A stretch of DNA of 64,000 nucleotides from Cirrosporium novae-zelandiae. Its lineage: Eukaryota. This document shows positions 24,076 through 37,114 of the stretch, one piece after another (the stretch's first letter is position 1; each line of letters opens with the position of its first letter). The stretch is from positions 248,001-312,000 of the forward strand of contig JAPETS010000009.1 in NCBI GenBank assembly GCA_026023565.1. The letters run 5' to 3'. The notes under the pieces were generated by a model. The model did no database searches and was not told where the DNA came from. It saw only the letters and a list, made by a program, of their open reading frames with translations. The translations under genes and the position numbers were made by a program.

Positions 24076-25757
24076 TCACTGGCTAAGTTGATGGCTCTTT
24101 CGGAAAACCTCTCCGTTGCCTGGTACCGTGAACTCATGTTTCCACCAAAGACAATTTATGTCGGTTTCATTGCTATCGTGACCATTCCCGTCAGCGTTGC
24201 CAAAATTGATGACGTAATATTCTTTCGGATAATCTATACAACGACCATATTTTATGCATTCGTTGTGGGACATGTGCCAAAACAAGCTATTATGTTGATA
24301 CGGCTCGAGATCGAAGCCGTCCGAATCAAGGCCCATAAAACATACTTGAAGATTGCCAGCTCTCTCGCGTACGTCAATAAAAAAGTTACCAATCGAGTTG
24401 TAATACTTTCCAAGATATTTTTGCAATGAGCGAGCTGGTCTATCAACTGTTTTGCCTTGTATCAGCTTTTTCTTGACAGTTTCCATGGTCGAAGTGCTCC
24501 TTTTCGCAGCCAACCGGGCGTACTGGGTATAATCGGTTACATTGATTGTGTTGCCAAACAATTCCTCAATAAGGAGCTGGCCAACCAGTCTCACGCCACC
24601 AGTCAAAGCAACAGAATTCGAAAGAATAACAACTGCACTGGAAGTTTCGGGGAAGACTGCGGCAAAAGACGTGAATCCGGGAATATTTCCTTCATGAAAT
24701 AGCCCCAAGTCGCGATGGCAACCCTTCGCCAAGAATGGGGATGATACCGGGAGCAGCACCAAACCCTATTGGGGCTGGAAGTTGCACACGAACCCAACCG
24801 GATGCATAAGAGTTTTCGAGAATCGTGGAAAGAGGGAGGGTAATCATTCCTCGCCAAAGATGCGCTAACTTCTTCAAGGGATTGCGCGGAATCTTCGATT
24901 TGTGGTGTTCTATCTGGATCTTCGCCGCATCTATAAATGCATTGTAGAGGATAAGCAGGTCATGAACGGAGCTTCGAACTCCGCCAGCGGATCCCACCAT
25001 AAAATTGTCTCCATGTAGAGGTGGCGGAAGTTGAAACGCAGTAGCGTTTTCTAGCGTAGCATATGGCTTTGCAGTGTTTTCGGCATGAATTGAAAAGTTG
25101 GTGTAAAACGTTCGGGTCATTCCTAGTGGATCAAGGATGTGATTTCGCAAGAACAAGAAGTAGTGAGCGCCAGGCACTTTCTCGATCGCTTGACAAGGAC
25201 TTCGTACACCATGTTGTTATAAACGAACTCGGTCCTTAAGGGTGCCGCAACGGACACATAGCCAAGTATCGGAACTGCATCTGCACGATCCAACGAGACT
25301 CTGTTGTCCGATAGTAGCCAGAGTGCGTCATACGAAGGCAATCCAGTTCGGTGGGATAAAAGATCAGCAATTGTAATATTGTTCGTCGGGTCTTTCTCTG
25401 GTCGCTGGAACTGAGGGGTGATATCCTGCAGTTGCGTGGTCCAGTCCAATTTCCCCTCGTCGACCAAGATGGCGACCATGGCAGCAGTCAGGGCTTTCGT
25501 TAGCGATCCTATAACGTAGGTAGTATTCTCGTCTGGACAAAGCTGAGCATCAATATCACGAAAGCCAAAGTTTGCTTGGTGTATGCCCTCTCTATGGTGA
25601 AGGACACCGAACGATAGCCCTGGCATCCCAGATATGGAGCATATATGTGTGATGGCCGACTCGAGAGCTTGAAATCTTCCGACAAGCCTACACCAACCGC
25701 GCGATTAATATTATTGCTGGCAGCGCAGACAGCCAAAGTAACCAAAACGACTTACAT
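24076..25757 (-). pseudogene. Beta-lactamase/serine-hydrolase family protein with C-terminal DUF3471-like domain, frameshifted
   Basis: SGMPGLSFGV, IGSLTKA (SxxK), DLLSHRTG, FVYNN, ILDPLGMTRT, AGGVRSS, HEGNIPG, GKYYN. Frameshifts near 25195 and 24705; ATG-TAA at the start of the signal peptide. Confidence 0.85.
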
Positions 25758-26520
25758 GATTCAAGAGACGATGAATCACAATAGCGGTATTGGATCTGAG
25801 GAAGGGAAGTAAGTGAGAGAGTTATTTGCGTAAAGATGTAGAATTAAATCTATGAAAAATATGCCATCTATACCAAAGTGAACTCCCGGGGACAGAAAAA
25901 GCGCGACTCATTTTTTTATTCTAATTATACAATTTAAGCAGCGGATAATAGTAGCCTACACCTTCAAGACTGCAACTACAGTCTTACAGTGAGTGCATTA
26001 ATACATGGTTCAATCAACCTTTGGAAGGCCTTGACATTATCCCACCCGTACTATTCAGTCAACGGTTCTACCATTGGTAGAAAGCCAGAACCCAACTTCT
26101 GTTATAGCCATGAACTAATGCACACACTTGCCGTAGCGCGCACTGGCCATATCAGCCTTATCTGAATAATTCAGGGATTGATGAATGTAATATCAGACAG
26201 AATATTCCTATAATGACCAAATAATGGGTATGAAGACAGCTAACACTGCCAACGATAGATAAAATGGAACCCCTCCAACGAACCAAGAACCAAGTCTGCC
26301 GTCGCTCCCTTCAAACTACCAATATCACCGTTCAACAATGCCATTTCCTTTAGAAAGTCCTCATAATATCGCACATATCGCACAAGCTCGCTTTCTCCGA
26401 CCACGAACAGAGAGACAGACGACGAAGCGCCGACAAATAACGTCTGCAGGCTGATAACAGACCCCGAGTCTTCTGAATATAATTATTTGCCAGCTTGAAA
26501 CGTTATTTGTTGAATTTACC

Positions 26521-28010
26521 ATGGTTGAAGATTTCAGTCTTGGAAATGGACTTTACGACCCCAAGAGTGCACAAGTAGAATAAGGTATACTAAGAAACCT
26601 GGCAGAATCCAATCTGACGATAAAGCAGCATCGTCTTCATTCATGAACTTAGTAGCGGCAGGATCACAACATAGACCAGCGCAGCTACGGAAGGTGTGCC
26701 CACGACAAGATTTTGGCCGAAAAACTTCTTGCCTACTACCCGCCTAACAGCTCGTAACTTGTCGTCTGGATATTGTGGTAGGGCGGGTCTGCAGGCTCAT
26801 GGAGCGTACGAACTTTCAGGATTTAGGTATAAGGAAGAAGCTAAATAGTAGACTAAAGCTTCTGTTCATGATACTCGTATAATATACGTACGGAATATAA
26901 TGATTCGTGGACAAAAGTTTTCAATTGGTAAACAGATAATTGGTCAATCTAGAATAATAAGGATAGATAATGGATGCCCCTTCATAACTCGCTCGCTCGC
27001 TTTTATAACCAAACAAAAGCAAATATCACTTTTTGGGGTGAGACTGTATATGACAAAGTAGGGTTGCCGACTTACTCTGCTATAATATGATGCAAGTTTT
27101 GCTCATTTTTATCCGCTGTAAGAACAGAAGAATCCTGTTAAGACAACGATTGGTGATCACGCTGCTACACTCTTTCTTGCCCTTAGCAACCTCCGTGCCA
27201 GCATCAAAACAGTAAGCATATTATGCTATCTCTAAGGAAAAAATACTCATAACGCTCAATGTGAGCAGCCGTCCACTCGACCACCAATTTTCGTTGCTTA
27301 TAGCCTTGGAAGCCTTGTATGCGCCAATGCATTGCCTTGCTAGCATGGCCCCAGTGAGTCAAATATCGCCCCCGTGAACAGCGCAAGTGGCGTCATCCTT
27401 CTTGGAGCACTATTTGAAGGATCAGAAAAGGCGTGATGGGGGAACAGAGGAACAGAGGCCTCCAGTTTCCCCAGCTATTCAGCTCAAAAAATAACGAGAA
27501 GATCAAAAACCAAGGAGCGCTCGCAAAAGCTTGCCAGCATTAACGAAAACTTCTATAAGCTACTAAAAGCACATGATCAATTTGATAACCATCTGAGAGC
27601 TGCTTACTTCTTCGAAGAATACCTGATATATGTTATGAAGAAGAGAATTAGTCTGATTGTACTGAAAAGCTCAGCAAATTTGAGCGGAATCTATCACATC
27701 TTGATCGCAGCATCTCATAGTGAGAGTAAAAATTTGCGGATGAACACAGAAATGGATATAAGAACATATCTGAGACTTTGAGCTAATGGATCAGGATGCT
27801 GAATGAGCAACATACTGCCCATGAAATGCTGGTTAGTAGCTATCTAACTTTTCTAGAACTGTGCTGATCGAAACTTGCAGGGTGTTGTACGACAAGGAGA
27901 AGCCAAATACTATGGTAAAATCGAGGGTAACAACGAGATAGTGATGGGAAATGCATACGGTGAACTAACAAATCCCATCAACCTTATAGGAAGCAGAACA
28001 GCCGTGAGAA
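26521..28010 (+). pseudogene. SesB/SERAC1/DUF676-like alpha/beta hydrolase with G/N-rich C-terminal exon, interrupted by an insertion
   Basis: LYDPKSAQVD-IVFIHELSSGRITT*T; FWPKNFLP..ARNLSSGY|insertion|DA; TIGDHAATL; PPIFVAYSLGSLVC (degenerate AHSLGG); GVILLGALFEGS; FFEEY; KFADEHRNGYKNISETLS*WI. Last exon from 27881: GVVRQGEAKYYGKIEGNNEIVMGNAYG. Confidence 0.8.
26774..27084. mobile_element. 311-bp solo LTR (or MITE) with a 4-bp target-site duplication
   Basis: ATAT at 26770-73 and 27085-88. Begins TGT, ends ATA (ACA with C-to-T). Ends form an imperfect inverted repeat, 13/21 identical, 7 of 8 mismatches transitions. Excision restores GGA TAT GAT GCA (GYDA). Confidence 0.8.
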
Positions 28011-31000
28011 GCCTTTCTTCCCCTCAACTGTATCTAGTACAACTAACTCTCTTCGCGTAGAACTACTATAACTAAAGCTAGAATCCGGAGCCAAAGCGAG
28101 AAAAATACTTAAGAGACGATGATGATTGATATTTAACGCATTGCCCGTGGCTGTTTGAGGGGCCAGGATCTCATTCATCTCAACAGTATTACTGCTACAA
28201 CCTTTCGCAATTCCCTCCAACCGTCGTTGGTGAGCCATTCTTTCTTGTCTGGAGCTTCAGTTACTGTAGTCTGTAGTAATATGATCCTTTTCCTGAGCCT
28301 GATTTACAAGCCTCTTCGAGCTGCCATTCATACAGATGAATCTACCACTTGACGAAGCGCGTATCATATCCTTGCTCCTGCCCCTTTCTCTTTCTCTGGC
28401 TATGCCATCTGAAAGGAAATTGAGCAACAAAACGACTTTATGTACCCAATATCCTTGCTATAGTTGTGGTTTTCTAAGATGGCAAATACATCGACTGACC
28501 ACTTGTGAATTACCTTATCATTCAACGTTTCCGAGTTTTCCTTGACATATTCCTAGTGATTTCTCACCTATTTTTGGTCCTTCTTGAAGGCTTCGAAGCT
28601 TGCTATAAGAAAAAGGCTAATCTTTGGATATTAATAATATGTGATTGGCTTTTCGGATGTAGTGGAAATAGTGAGAAACGCTATTAAATGTAGCTCCATC
28701 AATAATCAAATAAAGGAAAATGTACAAGTGAGAGAATCAGACATCCCGAGATAGGAACAAGCTTCATTTCTGCCATATACGATAAAAGCATCCTCATGCT
28801 GATTGACGTTATGCGCTTATCAAATCCTTTTTGGGCTCTTTTCACTCCCCGCTGAATGAACTATGGTTGGGGGTGTCGGATACCATAAATACCTGCTTGG
28901 GTTTGATTCTCAAGAGCGCTAGTGATTGGTCACACTGGTATCAGTGTTCTTCTGGGGGATCTAGCTCCGAGGTAGGAATGCTAGCTCTAGAGAGGCGTCG
29001 ATGGACTAGGAACGGGAGATGGTTGATGGCGATGACTTTGATGATTTGATATGTTCCGTTCCAGGAGCATGTCTGCGGCAACGTCTAGCCTCGTCACCCC
29101 GGTGCCTCGGGTAGGTCCACTAAAAAATCAAGTCGAATGACTAAGAAGATGCATTTTCAGGTACCAGAAAATCAGGTGTTATTGTGTGTAAGGATGTAGA
29201 ATTAAGCAATCAAAAGATGCTCTCTGGATACTATCGAGTCTTGGCACGGAATATTCCGGAACTTCAATATATCCCTTCTAGAAAACAACATCAGCACATC
29301 AGGTTGTACAGTACATGTACCATCCTCTTGCAAAGCTGCTTCGGATGGGAAAAATCCGATTTGTTGCTTACAGACGAGATATAAAATTTGTGGGGAGATT
29401 TTCCACAATAGATTGCTACTTTTTTTTATTTGTTTTTCGAAGTTATACGACGGACGGGCTAGATGGGTATGAGCCAACGACGTCGACTCTCTACCACGCT
29501 ACGCAGTGGATTAATGAATGGCCCTGCGCTGCGGTTCTCAGTACCTAAGTAGCTGTTTGATCTACAGGGTCGCTCCTTGGGAGCTACGGTCCTCATTGCT
29601 TGTACTAACCTCGATAAGCGAGCAATGTTAGTCGTCATCTTGATCCCCTAATTCCACTATCACTACATTTTTATCCTCAAACCCAAAGCCATCCGATCAA
29701 CATACGAACCAACCTTCCTATAAAGGCAACACCTCATGAAATAAAAGTTCCAAGTGTACGGTGTTGGATTTTCTATCTAGCTATCTAGGCGAGATGGAGG
29801 TACGCTTCCGGGCCCCACTTAAGTAACCATCTCCCCACCCTTGACACGCACAATATTAGGCCATGTGCACAGACAAAAGCAATCAATATTGAATAACTAA
29901 CTCAAGTGGATCTCCATCCGTCGGTGCTTAAGCAATAACACAAGCTACGTACTTGAGAGCTTGACTTCTCTTAAAAAAAGATTAGTTACATAAGGTGAGC
30001 CTAACAAGTTAAGCCTCTCCGCGGAAGCACGGAGAGGAAAAAGCATTTACCTATTCGAGTACATATTCATCATCGAAACTGAACTGACCTCCGGCCCCCT
30101 AGTTTAAAACCTTCTTCTTCTTCTTCTATCATTTACCTACCTACCTATATCGTACAAAGTATGAGGTTTAAGCTCTCAGCTCCAAATCGGGTGAGCCTAA
30201 GAATAAATAGCTTTCCATCCACCAACCATCATCCGCGTCGCGGGACGTGCGGGTGGCTTCTAACGTCCACAAACGTCTACGATGAAAAAAGCAAAAAAGA
30301 ACGAACAAATGACTTGCATCATTCTTTGGAAGCTCTATCCTCCTCTCAACTGGAACAAAAAATCAGGAGAGAGCTCTCAAACCCCCCCATCCCCTTTCCC
30401 TCTTGCCCTACCCTGATTCCCAGAGGCCAGGGACCAGCCAGGGGCCTTCCTACGTTAGTCGTCTCAGTAATTAACTCTCACAAGGTTTGATTTGACAGGA
30501 TATGTACCGAGGAACCTCCTCCTTACCGACCCGAGTCCATATACAAAACGAAAGTTTCGTTGAACCGAAGTGTTTGATCCGACTCTTGAGGGCTGAGAGT
30601 TCTATTACTATAATATGGACATCGTCATCGTAACCTGATGGGTATTCTTGCTCTTAAGCGAGGTTACATTTCAATTCCCTGGGTGGATTGTACTCGTGGT
30701 TCGTTATTTCATGTCCGACGAGTCTTTCAAGTTGATCATTTTGCAATACTTGGAACTGTTCTGAAAGTATAATCATAAAATGAATGGCTAGCATCTGCTG
30801 CATATTATTGATACTGACTTGAAGGGTTATATATATACATGAGAAAATAAAATAAACGCCAACTGCAACTCGCTAGAACCAAGCATGAGACATGGGGCGG
30901 AGCTTCTCCTATATGAAGAAAATTGAGTAGTAGAAGTCTATTGGCAATGGCTTTTTGAGCTTCGCTCCATCCAGTGCTTTTTTGCATACATGTATGTTAA

Positions 31001-31071
31001 CTCCAGTAACATCTTCCTCTCACCCCCGCATCCAGTCTCACCTCAATTACGCCACTCTCGTACAAGCTCGC

Positions 31072-33004
31072 TTACAACTCGTCCGGCCCTCTCCCGACCA
31101 CATCCGTAACTGGACCCGTATACACCTTCTTCCCCTCCACAAAATACATAACCAAACTAAGAATAGCGATAGCTATAAAAATAACCACGCTCCAATTAAA
31201 GGTTTCGACATCCACAGGTGTAGCATTGGGCCAGAAACTCCAGAAAAACGCAAAAAGCACGTATACGACGCCGAAGGCGTTGATAGGGACACCCCAACGG
31301 CCTAAGCTCCAACGGCATTGGGGCAGCAGCTCGGGGTGCTTCAGACGACGGTAAAGAACGCATGCGATAGAGATAGAATAGGACATGAAGAGGGCGGAGA
31401 CTTGGAGGGAGATGATAGCGTTGAAAGCGACGGAGGACCCGATGTTAATGAGAGCTAGAATGCAGGTAGTAGTGCAAGTCATGGTGATAGAGTTGACGGG
31501 AATTTGTTTCTTAGGATCGACTTTGGCGAGCCATTTGTAGCCAGGGAGACCTTTATCACGGGCGAAAGCGAAGGTCTGACGACTAGTGGAGGCGTTGAAA
31601 GAGATGTTGCTGATAATAACAAGAATTAAAAGAATGATGGTTAGAGCGTTGACGCCAGCGGTGGAAACAGTATTTTTGAAAACCCAGAGAAAGGGGAAAC
31701 CAGTGACGTCGTTGATTGCGGCATCAACATCCACGACGCAGAAGAGGTAGGTAACGAGGAGAACCAGGCCAAGAATACCGTTGAGCACATAACTCCAAAC
31801 CATTGCCAACGGCACATTTCTACCGGCGTCCTTGATCTCTTCAGCCATATGGGCAGTTGCGTCTGAGCCTGTTTCGGGAAATATATCAGTTGGGTCCTTT
31901 CTCAAGTGGTGAGCTCATGATGAACACGTACTAATGGAACCGTAAATAGCAGAGATCTGGCCAATCATCAAGGATAATCCCATGCTTGACCATCCTCCTT
32001 CGTTGAGGAATCCGGTAAAGACCTCTTTGGCCGTATTTCTCGGAGAGCAAATCCATAGGACGACGATAACAGCGATGAAATCGAAAATGTGAAGCAGCAT
32101 AACCACATTCTGGATCATAGGCAACTCGTCGGCAGCCCAGACATTTGCAATAAAAATAATAAGAACCATGGCATAAATCAAAAGAGTTCCTTGCCAGTCC
32201 TTTGGATCATATGCGGGATAGTTGATCGATATCAAACCTTGGATCATGGTCCCGGTAAGATATGAACCGGAGGCTATACCAGCTTGCCAGCTGAGGGTTG
32301 ACATCCATCCTATCCTCTGTTAGGTTCTCCATGTCGAAAAGCTTTGGGGGGGGAGTGTAGCTGATACCTGCGAAATAGCTCAAGAATTTCTGATATTCTG
32401 TGGGTGCAAATTCGGAAACCCAATGGTATTGACCACCAGAGATTGGAGCCCTAAACTAAATGAGCATTATTCACAGTTCGATGGTGTCATTGACTTACAT
32501 CGAGGCCATTTCAGCTAATGATAACATAACAATACCAAATCCAATAAAGGTCCAGACATATGACCAAAACAAGCCAGCTAGGCCACCATCTATCATTCCT
32601 TGGGTATTGGAACTAGAACCATGTCAACTACGAACAATTCCTTTGCAAAGAATTGATCCAAATACATTAAGAGATACTCCCATGTGGCTTGCAATATAGC
32701 AGTAAAACTGAGGGCAGACAGCGAACGATAGTTTCTCTGATAGCTATTAGCTTTTGATCTGGAGGAGAAATTCCAATTGGTATCATCATTGCTTCTATCT
32801 TACCTTGAGTTCTTGTTTCTTCCCCATACGATACATATCCTTCTTGTCGTATTTAGTAAAGCCCGTATCACCGGGCACACCATGATCAGAGAATTCATCG
32901 TCGATACCATCAAGATCATATTTCTTAGCAATTTCCTCCGAAGAAGCTGTCGCCGCAGCCTTTGCAGCCTCATCATTGGCCGTAGTACTAGTAGGCGAAG
33001 ACAT
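31072..33004 (-). CDS. APC-superfamily amino-acid/GABA/choline permease (multi-exon)
   Basis: DMYRMGKKQELK|RNYRSLSALSF, SLAEMAS, GGQYHWVSEFAP, HMAEEI, SRQTFAFARD, FNWS; about 12 TM segments; GT-AG introns. Confidence 0.93.
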
Positions 33005-34164
33005 AGCTTATAAGATCAAGGTCGCCGTAAACGAAAGAAGGAAGAATACACGGCTGAATGTGGTGAATGACGAACGAATATAAAATTCTGTACAATGAAA
33101 TACAAAAGGCTCACACTGGGAGAAAGAACGAAAAAGAAAGTACCTTGAGTGTAAGCTTCAAAAGGCAACACAATATAAGTGGGTTAGGGTCGACTTTTGA
33201 TTTTTCTTCGGAGCTCCTTGGGGGGGTAACTCGACAGAATGTAGATATCATGCCGAGAGGGAACATGTGAGTGGATTACGCTACTGCATGCATAGTCGAC
33301 AAGCGCATTGTCCCACCCACCAACTAGTACATGCTGGGGACACCATATTAGCTGCAGTAATTGCATACTGTTCTGATCCTTTTAATAATATTTATTTATA
33401 TTCTTTTCGACTACCTACTTGGGTAAAGGGTATGGATTGGTGTAAATTAAATAGCTGGGGTAAATGGACGGTGTGGATAGATACATAAATAGATGTATCA
33501 TAGACGTATAGACGTATAGACTAATATTATTTTTATTTTATATGCAGCATTGAATCTTAAAGTCGAGTGTTGTTGGATAAGATATTCCTGAGCGCACGAG
33601 CATTAAGGGGGTGGGTGGTGATGGTTAAGCGAGGGATGGATGTCTGGTAACAAAAGAGACAGTAGTATCCAGGCCAAATTTTCCCCTTCAATCATCCTGG
33701 GGTATGCTGGTTCATTTCGTAACCAACAAATCTCCATCTGCGAAGGGTTTTGCTCTCTGTTAGGAAGTTAAGTTAGATACCTTAACTACTAAGCTAAAAG
33801 GATATGATTACCCGCTAGTGAAAAGAGCGAGTAACTAACTCTATTGGGTTATATAAACTCGCTGCACCGTTAACGAGTCCTTCTTTCAACAACTTCCAAT
33901 TTCAGTTTTTGTCAATATCAGGTTCCTAAACGTTATCGCTTCCGTTGACTGATGGAAGACTAATGTTCAATAATCCTCAAGGACAGCGGCAGTTATGTCT
34001 TTCCCGATAATGTCCAACCCAATAATGAATGCCGTCTATGGCATATTCTTCTTTATTTAATATACTTCTTTTTTCCTTGAACTATTCTTCTTTCCCATGT
34101 AGATCCATTGTTGTTTACACACTTTGATCTCGACAATTATATCCTACTTTTACGGTCTTTACTC

Positions 34165-35734
34165 ATGGTGAACATGGAAATCCCAGTAGGAGCATTGCCT
34201 CCTCTGGCATACATTACAGACACCGACCAAGGAGGAGTAATTGCCATTATGACAGCACTCATTTTTGCTTTCTTCTTATGCTCTTTTATGGCTAGATTAT
34301 ATATTCGGATTACAAAACCACCGTGGGGGAATGATGATAATACTATTACAATTGCTACGGTATTATCCCCACCCATACTTTAATATATATATATAGGAAT
34401 GTGAATTAATGATGGTGTTTTCTAGATTTTGTACTTGGCTCAAACTGCTCTTGTCTTTCGTCAGGTTGGCCGTGGGTATGGAAGAGCTGAAGATCTTGTC
34501 AGCGCTCAAAATATATTGAGTATACGAAAGGTAAGACGCAACGTTGACTCTTGACATGACCATGCATACAAAAGTTACCCCCTAAAAACGCGAGTCTCAC
34601 ATTATATTGTTGCATAGATGGAGTACGCCAGTACCATCCTTTACATCATCATCCTCTCCCTCTCAAAATTCTCCTTTGCCGCATTCTACAGCCGATTGAC
34701 CCTCAAATCCTCCCACACCCTCGCCATTCGAGTTATTCTCGCAGCTTCAATCCTTTGGGGGATTGCGTCTGTCTTGATAATTTCCATCCGGTGTCATAAT
34801 AAGCATCCTTGGTTAGATTGGAACAAAAAAACGTGCCCTGGTCTTGTAAGTTTTTTTTCTGGTTTCTTGAATCCGGCTGAGATGTGCAGCACCAAGGCTC
34901 ATTGAAAGTTTGTAGTGGACGCGTTGGGAGATTGTTGAGTCTCTTGATATTATTACCGAGGTAACTGTGTTTGCCATGTCAATCTATCTGATCAAGGGAC
35001 TTCAAATGCCCTCAAAGTTGAAATGGGTTGTCGTGGGAGCTTTTGGGTCTCGACTCGGGTTAGTTTGAACAAACATTCCCTTGTGGCACGCATTGCTGCA
35101 AAATCCCTTCCTAACGTATTCCACCCACAGAGTCATCCTCATCATCATCCTCCGCATCCACTACATAAACCACACCCTCTCCTCCAACAACACCAACCAA
35201 GCCTCCTCCACTTCCTCCCTCCTCACCCAACTCCAACTCGGCTACTCCCTAATCTCCAATACAATCCCCAGCCTCCGCCCCTTCATGGCCGCCTACGAAG
35301 ACGCCGGCCCCCAGAAATCCACTCTCAAGTACAGCGGCAGCGGCGCCAATAATTCCTACCCCCTCAGCACCCTCAATACAACAACAACCTCAAAACACAA
35401 ATCCTACAGCCCCAACACAGCACTAACATCACCACCATCACCATTACTACAATATCACCCAGAGGCGGCAGCAGCAGCAACTGATAGCGAGTTTCGACCC
35501 GACCAAAATAATATCCACCATATGGCACTTGTGAGTCATAATAAGAAGAAAAATAAGTCGGGGAGTATTAGTAGTAGCAATAGTCAGAGGATGATGATTC
35601 AGAAGACGGTGGATTGGTCGATTCAGAATGAGGCGGAGGCGGAGGCGAGGGAGAGGGAGAGGACGATGCAGCAACAGATGGATTATGGTAATCGTGATGG
35701 AAATGGAGATGGGGAATTTGGGGGAAGGGTTTGA
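34165..35734 (+). CDS. PTH11-like integral membrane protein (fungal rhodopsin-like domain, no CFEM)
   Basis: ARLYIR..WGNDD, GRGYGR, YASTILYIIILSLSKFS, DIITE, FGSRL, IPSLRPF; several GT-AG introns; polar C-terminal tail with IQKTVDW. Confidence 0.88.
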
Positions 35735-36876
35735 GAGGGGGGGTTGGAGCAGCGTTGTCAATAGACTGGACCAACCAGACTGAGCCCCTTGGTCTTGTCA
35801 GTCTATTGAAAGCCCAGTCTAATCGCAACGCTGGTTTGGAGATGGTCATCGGGAAGATGCTAAGGTTATCTATGATACTGTACTATACAGTACAGGGAAG
35901 GGAATGCACATGGATTTTTTCATGTGCAGTACTGGTGTCACAACGACGCCTAGGATATGGGCTCTTACAAGACACAGAGTTAGGTGTATGACTGGTGTAT
36001 TCACTTGTACAGTTTATTACCTTACCTACCTACCTTACCCTACACTTCTTAAAGGTAGGGGTAGCCTTTGATTTTTTTTATACCATTTATAACCATTACC
36101 CCCACACCTAACACACCTATAGTTAGTTAGTACTATTAGGTATTTCTACCCCTACACTACACTGATATTTTTTATAAAGGGTTTTTTAATAAATCAAAAG
36201 TTTTATTATTGTTTGATCATTGATATTATGGCTACCTTGGGTTTTGGAGAGAGAGAGAGGAAGGGGGTTGGAGGGGGTTGGTTGGAGATGAAACATTTGG
36301 AATGGGGGAAGGGAGATACTAATATACTACTATACTCTAGGGAGGGTATAAGGTAACATGTACATGTACTGGAATGTTAGGTAAAAAAAAAAAAAAGAAA
36401 GAGAAATCCATTCATGCATACATGCATAATTAATCAAATTTCTTCAAACCCCTCATTCCCATTCCCATCCCTTTTCCTTTCCTTTCGCCATCCCCTCCCT
36501 AGCCATAGCCATAGCCATATATTATTTAACACTTTTTAAAAAAAAATATATATAATTCCAATACCTTTACAAATACCCCCACAAGTGTTTTTTTTTTATA
36601 TATCTATATATATAATAGATCAAATCTATGATTTAATATTGAAAGGGAAGGGGAACTGACGGAAGGACGGATAGGTGGGGTGGGGATTAAATGATATATA
36701 TATAAACGAGAGAGAGAGGGAAAAAGAGAAAAGAAAAAAAGAAGAAGAAGAAGAAGAAGATTGCATGAGTGAGAGGGAGAGCGATCATATAGCCCATGTA
36801 TTTATATACATACAGTACGGTATTTACAAATCCTTCCTTTTCTTCGCTCGTTCACTCCACCCACTATACTTACTAA

Positions 36877-36896
36877 GGGGGGGGGGGGGGGGGGGG
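36877..36896. repeat. Poly-G run (20 nt)
   Basis: Read directly. Confidence 0.9.
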
Positions 36897-37086
36897 AGAA
36901 ATTTCTAGGTGAAAACCTCCCTTCCCCCCCCCTTTCCACCTTTTTTTTTTCTTCTTCTTCCTTTATCGTCTTTCTTTACCCATTTTACCATTACCTTTCT
37001 TATGTTAAGATGCTAGTTAGTTTATTCTTTTTTTTTTCTTTTTTTTTTTTTAATTGGGTAATGAGTGTTGGGTTTGGAAAAGGAGT

Positions 37087-37114
37087 GGATGGATGGATGG
37101 ATGGATGGATGGAT
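37087..37114. repeat. (GGAT)7 microsatellite
   Basis: Read directly. Confidence 0.9.

Noticed and set aside
28100..29500. Coding-like fragments after the lipase, considered as a partner NLR relic
   Set aside because: No recognisable NACHT, NB-ARC or repeat motif in the frames I read.
33181..33190. GGGTTAGGGT telomere-like or telomerase-template-like sequence
   Set aside because: Only about 1.5 repeats, in a promoter, with no supporting structure; expected by chance.
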